Below the pieces are notes generated by a model. That model did no database searches. It was not told where the DNA came from and was given only the letters and a program-made list of their open reading frames with translations. This document shows positions 8,336-13,303 of a stretch of 13,303 bases of DNA, in pieces; positions within the stretch are counted from its first letter, which is position 1, and each line of letters opens with the position of its first letter. The position numbers were made by a program, and so were the translations under genes. This DNA comes from Octopus sinensis (taxonomy: Eukaryota): positions 1-13,303 of the forward strand of contig NW_021826285.1 in the NCBI RefSeq assembly GCF_006345805.1. The letters are read 5' to 3'.

Positions 8336-8799
8336 CAATAACCTAACAGTGAACCTAAAGAAAATGTAAAACAAATTCACTCACCTGTTTACCCTTAAAC
8401 AATATATTTTAGTTCCCTCTTCCAAAAGATAATATTAAACGCCATTTGTGTTTTCTAGTTTATCCATTATTACCAACCATGCTAACCTCAGTGGATATTT
8501 TATGAAATATCAGGAATATCGTAAATAAAATTGTCATACAGATAACCTATCAATTGGAAATGAGGAATGTAACTTGTTCTCATTCATTCTGACAAATAAA
8601 ATAGATCAGGTGAAAGTAAAATATATAGAAATCAAATATACTCACCTATTTGCCACCAATCACGTCCTAACCTCTTAGCCACTCTCAGAAGATCTTTCTC
8701 CTTCAGAACTGGACTCTCTGAAATAAATATTTCCAGCTTTTATAATTTATTGTAAAACTTATTTATCTCTATAAATATTCTGTAGTTTATTGTTGTGGA
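8336..8799. repeat. Duplicated exon/intron unit, copy A
   Basis: Colinear by eye with 10929-11347, e.g. caataacctaacagt/caataacctatcagt, ttatccattattaccaaccatgctaacc/ttatccattttccgaaccatgccaacc, tcaggtgaaagtaaaatatatagaaatc/tcaggtgaaggttaaaaatatagaaatc. Confidence 0.85.
8646..8717 (-). CDS. 72-nt phase 1-1 coding exon, N-terminal part of the death domain
   Basis: atatttatttcag|AG AGT CCA ... CAA ATA G|gtgagt encodes SPVLKEKDLLRVAKRLGRDWWQI, matching DD helix 1-2 pattern L..VA..LG.DW. It splices in frame to the exon at 7075 (G+TT = Val). Confidence 0.87.
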
Positions 8800-9029
8800 C
8801 ATTGTTATCATCAGTGGTTGGCTGGTAACCACTAGGGTTTTGCTCAGTATTTTTATACTTTCCATTGTGGGACCAGGTAATAGCTCAATATTTAGGCCCG
8901 CAACAAAATAGACTAACTTTCCGAAACCTTGTTTCTCTTTAACAGAGACATCCTACATAATCTAACAATGTTGCAATTATTTCATTCAATTATCATTTCA
9001 TAGTTCTCTCTCTCCTTTCATATATCTGT

Positions 9030-10330
9030 ACCAAATCTATGACATGTGACTGTCCTCTGAACTCTACACTTCACTAACCACCATTCTCCTCATCTTCTGC
9101 TAAAGTCCAATATCATCCAATGTGGTCTCCAAAGATCTCGTCAGAATTGCATGACACACCACTTCAAGTAAAATAAACGTAATACCTGTTCTCTTTGCTG
9201 TTGGAAATCTTGAATTTTATCATCCCACATCCCAGTTCACCTGGTCATTATCTGGTGCAGGGAATATTTTAAGACTCCTTAATACAGGTGAGCAATGATC
9301 AGTTCTCCAAAGATGACACAAAAAGTGATATCAGGTGTCCTAAAACAATGTACACTTGCACAAAACCCCATTCACTACATACAACTGGACATCTACACAT
9401 TATTGCAGTGAAGACATCTGAAATGGTACAAAAGGACTGATACTCAAAAATATATAAGAAAGACGGGAATACAAAGTGCGAGCTCCAAATCTTTTATTTT
9501 CCAGAATGTTTGGCATATTTGTTTCTTTTAACCATCTTCGTTCTGTGACTTGATCTCAATGCCTTTACTCTTATTGCAAAATAAGGTAGTGTACCATCGT
9601 CGTAATAGTTTTTCAAGTTTCCCTTTAAACTTCATCAGGGTTTCTCCTGCTATTTTGACCTTCACTTGTTTCTGCTGACCTTTCAGAAATGACTGGCTTC
9701 ATTACTCATTTGCATTGAACCACATTCTTCACCAAGTTCCTCAGTCTACCCAGTTAATCCAGAACTATTTGCATATCCTTTTATTTGTTGTTACTATTGT
9801 TATGTAATCCATTAATGTCTTCTCGAGTGTTTTCCTTTGAGCCATTCCTTATCAATCTGCTGATTTAAGTAACATCTCCATAACAATCACAAACCAAATG
9901 ACTGATATTGTAGAAACTACAGCAATTTCCGTTTCAAAATGATACCAGTCTGCCGAGAAAGTTTTCCTCATGAACTGCATATCGAAATTGTTATAGCAGC
10001 TCCTCATCAGATCCTTAATCTTTTCTCATATATAAAACAGGTCCACTGCTTCCATCAACAATTTTTTTGCTAGAGAACCATAAACCAGATCAAATCACAC
10101 AACATTCAATCCCTTTTAATCTTTCCGTCTTGTATCACATCCTAGATTTAAGACACATGTTCCACACAGCCAGGAATGCCAGAGGATTCCAGTCTTCGAG
10201 ATACTTTTAGTCCCATATTCATTATTCTGTAGATTTACAGTTGATCTCTTTGTGAATACAACCTTATAAATCTTGCCATCTATATTCAAGGTTGAAATTA
10301 GTCTGAACTAATCAATCGGTATTTGATTGC
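9030..10330 (-). mobile_element. Degenerate non-LTR retrotransposon RT, HERO/NeSL-like (RLE group)
   Basis: Minus-strand pieces in the expected order: FRLISTLNIDGKI...GIPGCVEH...LNVV*FDL.YGSL.KKLLMEAVDLFYI*EKIKDLMRSCYNNF...TISVIWFVIVMEMLL...LMDYITI (decayed FMDD)...KIAGETL...LLRRWY...KMRRMVVSEV. Many stops and frameshifts; true ends not defined. Confidence 0.8.
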
Positions 10331-10539
10331 TGGTTTCAATGGACATTTCAAACTGTCTATGAATGGGAATCATTGCTTTTGCTTTGGATCTCCTGCATAT
10401 ATCCATCCAGTTCATCTTTATTGTATTTTAGCTTTCTGTTCTCAGTATCTGCAAACAGAATTTCCTTGTAGAAGTTAAAGAGGAGCGTTTAATTTTGTTG
10501 ACGACATGATCATTTTTCTAGGGCTTTTGGAGCAAAATT

Positions 10540-10715
10540 GTGCCCAAGGCCCTTTTTAAAGTGGTTGATGTTAGGAAAGGCACATCACCATAGAAAAGCC
10601 GGAATGTGTTCCTCATCCAATCAAGGCGGACAGTATTTCTTAATAAGAACTGACATGGATAGGAATCATCCATCCAATCGATAGGAGCATAGACATCAGA
10701 TGATAAATGATGAGG
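10540..10715 (+). mobile_element. Old copy of the (GAT)n-tailed repeat family
   Basis: agtggttgatgttaggaaaggca...agcatagacatcagatgataaatgatga corresponds to the reverse complement of the 290-445 body. Confidence 0.6.
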
Positions 10716-10928
10716 GTCATCAGTGTCTATCTTGGAGAGAGAGGGAGAGAGAGAACGGTTGTCTCAGCATCAAACCTAATGCTTTTACATGGATAAAGAC
10801 AATGTTTAGGGGATGTAATGATAAATTTATTATCAGTGAAAGAAAAAGGCAGGGTGTTCACATGCGGAACACATTTCATTGTAAATCTGTCACATTATGA
10901 GAGATATTTGCCTAAATAACAACAACAG

Positions 10929-11347
10929 CAATAACCTATCAGTAAACTTAGTAACTACATATTTTAGTCCTCCGTTTCAAAATACAGTATTAATTCTATT
11001 GTCTTCTAAATTATCCATTTTCCGAACCATGCCAACCCCGTTGACTATTTTGTGAAATTCCATTGATATCAGAATGTCTAATAGAATTATTATACAGCTA
11101 ATATTTCAGATGTAAATTAGGAATGGATCTTGTCCTCAGTCATTCTGATAAACTACAAATGCTCAGGTGAAGGTTAAAAATATAGAAATCCATGAGGTAC
11201 TGTTATTTGCTTCTCACAAACTGGCTGTGATGTTGTCAAGGCATCCTTCACAGAAGTTGGAGTCTTTGAAATGAATATTTTCAAGTTTTACGTTTTATAG
11301 TATAATTTCATTATAGTTATTGATAATCAACACTTTATTATTGTGGG
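10929..11347 (-). pseudogene. Duplicated exon/intron unit, copy B, with a degenerate exon (~11200-11265)
   Basis: Flanks align to copy A, but the paralogous acceptor reads ttcaa instead of ttcag, the gtgagt donor is missing and the exon interior is divergent. Confidence 0.65.
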
Positions 11348-12171
11348 AAGGGCATACAGCTGTAAAAACCATTTCGTAGGGATGTGGTTGTGTGCCCATG
11401 TAAAAGTTATGTTTACTTTGAGGGTAACAAGGTGTTAAATATCAGATGAGGGTACAAGATAATGCTATGAAACTTCCAGACAGACAAGTTTAAGAGAGTT
11501 AATGAATGATAGCTGATTAATTATCATGTTAATGCGGCGTTTAAACACTAACTATCAATATAGATTGTATAAAATCTGTGTGAAGAACATGTGACATTTG
11601 TTACAATGAATATGGTTGTGTCTCAGCACAGTTGATATTATGGTAGTTCCATGAGAAACCATAGAAAAATGTAACCATTTCCAGTACCGAATACTAATGA
11701 TGAATTCTTTTCTTGGTCAAATAACAATGACCAGGTTCCATGATCTAATTTCAACAGAACAATCAAGTCGGAAGTAAAACCAAAATGTGGAAGACTGAAA
11801 ACAGTGACTCTCTTACAATTGAAACCATCTCAAAGCCAACAATTGTCAGTATAACGATGTCTATATATGGACAGTAAACGTTATTGAAACATCGTAACAA
11901 GCGATAATTATATATATATAGTTAGAAAAGAGTTGTGAGTTCAAGTCACACTGGAATCTCATACGTTCATTCCTTTCCATGTATTGCATATGTTAACATC
12001 AATGTTTTGTTCAAATGTGAACATATGTTCTCTGTTCAATATGAATGTTATCAAAATCACTGAACCGGTTTCCACAATCGATATTATTATACTGAGCTAA
12101 TATGTTATACCAGACAGGAAACTACTGTAACAATCTAAGACAAAGAATTATGATGAGTTACTGGAAGACAG

Positions 12172-12350
12172 CATCATCATCATCATCATCAACATTCAAA
12201 GTTTGTTTTCCATGCTGGAATGGGTTGGAAAACTTGACAGGATCTGACAAGCCAGACAACTACACCAGGCTCCAGATGGTTTCTTTGGCATGGTTTTCTA
12301 TGGTAGGATGTTCTTATTGATGCCAACCACCTCACAGAGTGTACGTGGCC
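12172..12350 (-). mobile_element. Old copy of the (CAT)n-tailed repeat family
   Basis: (CAT)n, gttttccatgctggaatgggttgga, caccaggctccag and gccaaccac all align with 283-450. Confidence 0.75.
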
Positions 12351-12724
12351 CCTTTGTGTAAAGCACAAGTACTGGCATATTTAGCCAAAAGACATGTAAG
12401 ACAAAGACCCCACAGCCGGGAGAGGGGGTATTGCAAATTTCTCTCCCCGCATCCTGATTCTTTTGTCATCACATTCCCTTCTCACCTCCTGAAAATGTCA
12501 TCAGCTTCAGTGAACGAAAACATCATAGAGTAGTGAGGACCGTCTAATTATGTAGAATGTAACACAACTTGATTACTACTTGTGCTATAATTAAATGCTC
12601 CCAGAACACACTAGGAAGTGGTTGGTGGAAACTAGGAAAGATGACACCACAAGTTTGAAAGGAACGTTTGATATTGTTGGGAAATTGATGATCATTTCTA
12701 ATGCTTGTGCGACAATAAAATATA

Positions 12725-12915
12725 CCCAGGACCCTTTATAAAGTGGTTGGGGTTAGAAAGGGTCTACCACCTTAGAAAAGCTGCAATGTTTAAGTGAGAT
12801 GTTTTCCTCAACAAATGACGGTTGGCAGTAAATTCAGATACAACTGACTTGGACAGTGATGACCCACCTAGTGTATGGGAGCATGGAGAGCAGATGAGAA
12901 AAGATGAAGATGATA
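12725..12915 (+). mobile_element. Old copy of the (GAT)n-tailed repeat family
   Basis: aaagtggttggggttagaaaggg...ggagcatggagagcagatgagaaaagatga is colinear with 10540-10715. Confidence 0.6.
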
Positions 12916-13156
12916 TCATTTATTGTATTGAAACTTTTAACCAGCATCTTTCTTGAAAAGACGGAGAGAAAGAGCATGAGTGAAGAGAGAGAATGAATGA
13001 GTACAATGAGATGACAACAGGGCGAATATTCTCCTTAACGGGAGAGAACCGTTTCAGGGTTTATATTTAATTTTTGTATCTTTCTTCTGCGAGTGAATGA
13101 GTAACTGATGTTTGCATAAGTACATTTATTGGATATTCGTGTTGTTGTAGAAGAAC

Positions 13157-13289
13157 AGAATTTCTTTATAGCTAAGCATTCAAATGAAATATAACATTGG
13201 AACCTGTTCTCGGTTATTCTATTGACCAAAATGGCTCAGAAAAGCTAAAATTTATAGAAATCAATTATGTAATGTCATTATATACTCAC
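13157..13289 (-). repeat. Duplicated intron-flank unit, copy C, ending in an intact 5' splice site
   Basis: aacctgttctcggttattct / ctcagaaaagctaaaatttatagaaatcaa / atatactcac parallel aacttgttctcattcattct / atcaggtgaaagtaaaatatatagaaatcaa / atatactcac of copy A. The gtgagt donor lies at 13284-13289. Confidence 0.65.
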
Positions 13290-13303
13290 AACGTGGCCCT
13301 TCT

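Overview
AT-rich, microsatellite- and repeat-dense eukaryotic DNA. The SINE families look like those of Octopus/cephalopod genomes (inference from recall, not a search). Most listed ORFs are microsatellite artefacts. The real content is: (1) the last two exons of a minus-strand gene (8646-8717 and 6876-7075) that splice in frame into a ~90-aa C-terminal death domain; (2) an apparently complete type I hammerhead ribozyme motif (1115-1165, +) inside a ~340-bp Penelope-pLTR/retrozyme-like island lying between two microsatellites; (3) three diverged copies of the same exon/intron-flank unit (~8336-8799, ~10929-11347, ~13157-13290), pointing to old tandem exon duplication; (4) transposon fossils: a Helitron 3' terminus (639-670), a Helitron helicase fragment (~1560-1845), an RTE (Rex3/Expander-like) LINE 3' end, a HERO-like LINE RT, two adjacent tRNA-derived SINEs and several (CAT)n-tailed repeats. 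All alignments and folds were done by eye, and boundaries are approximate.
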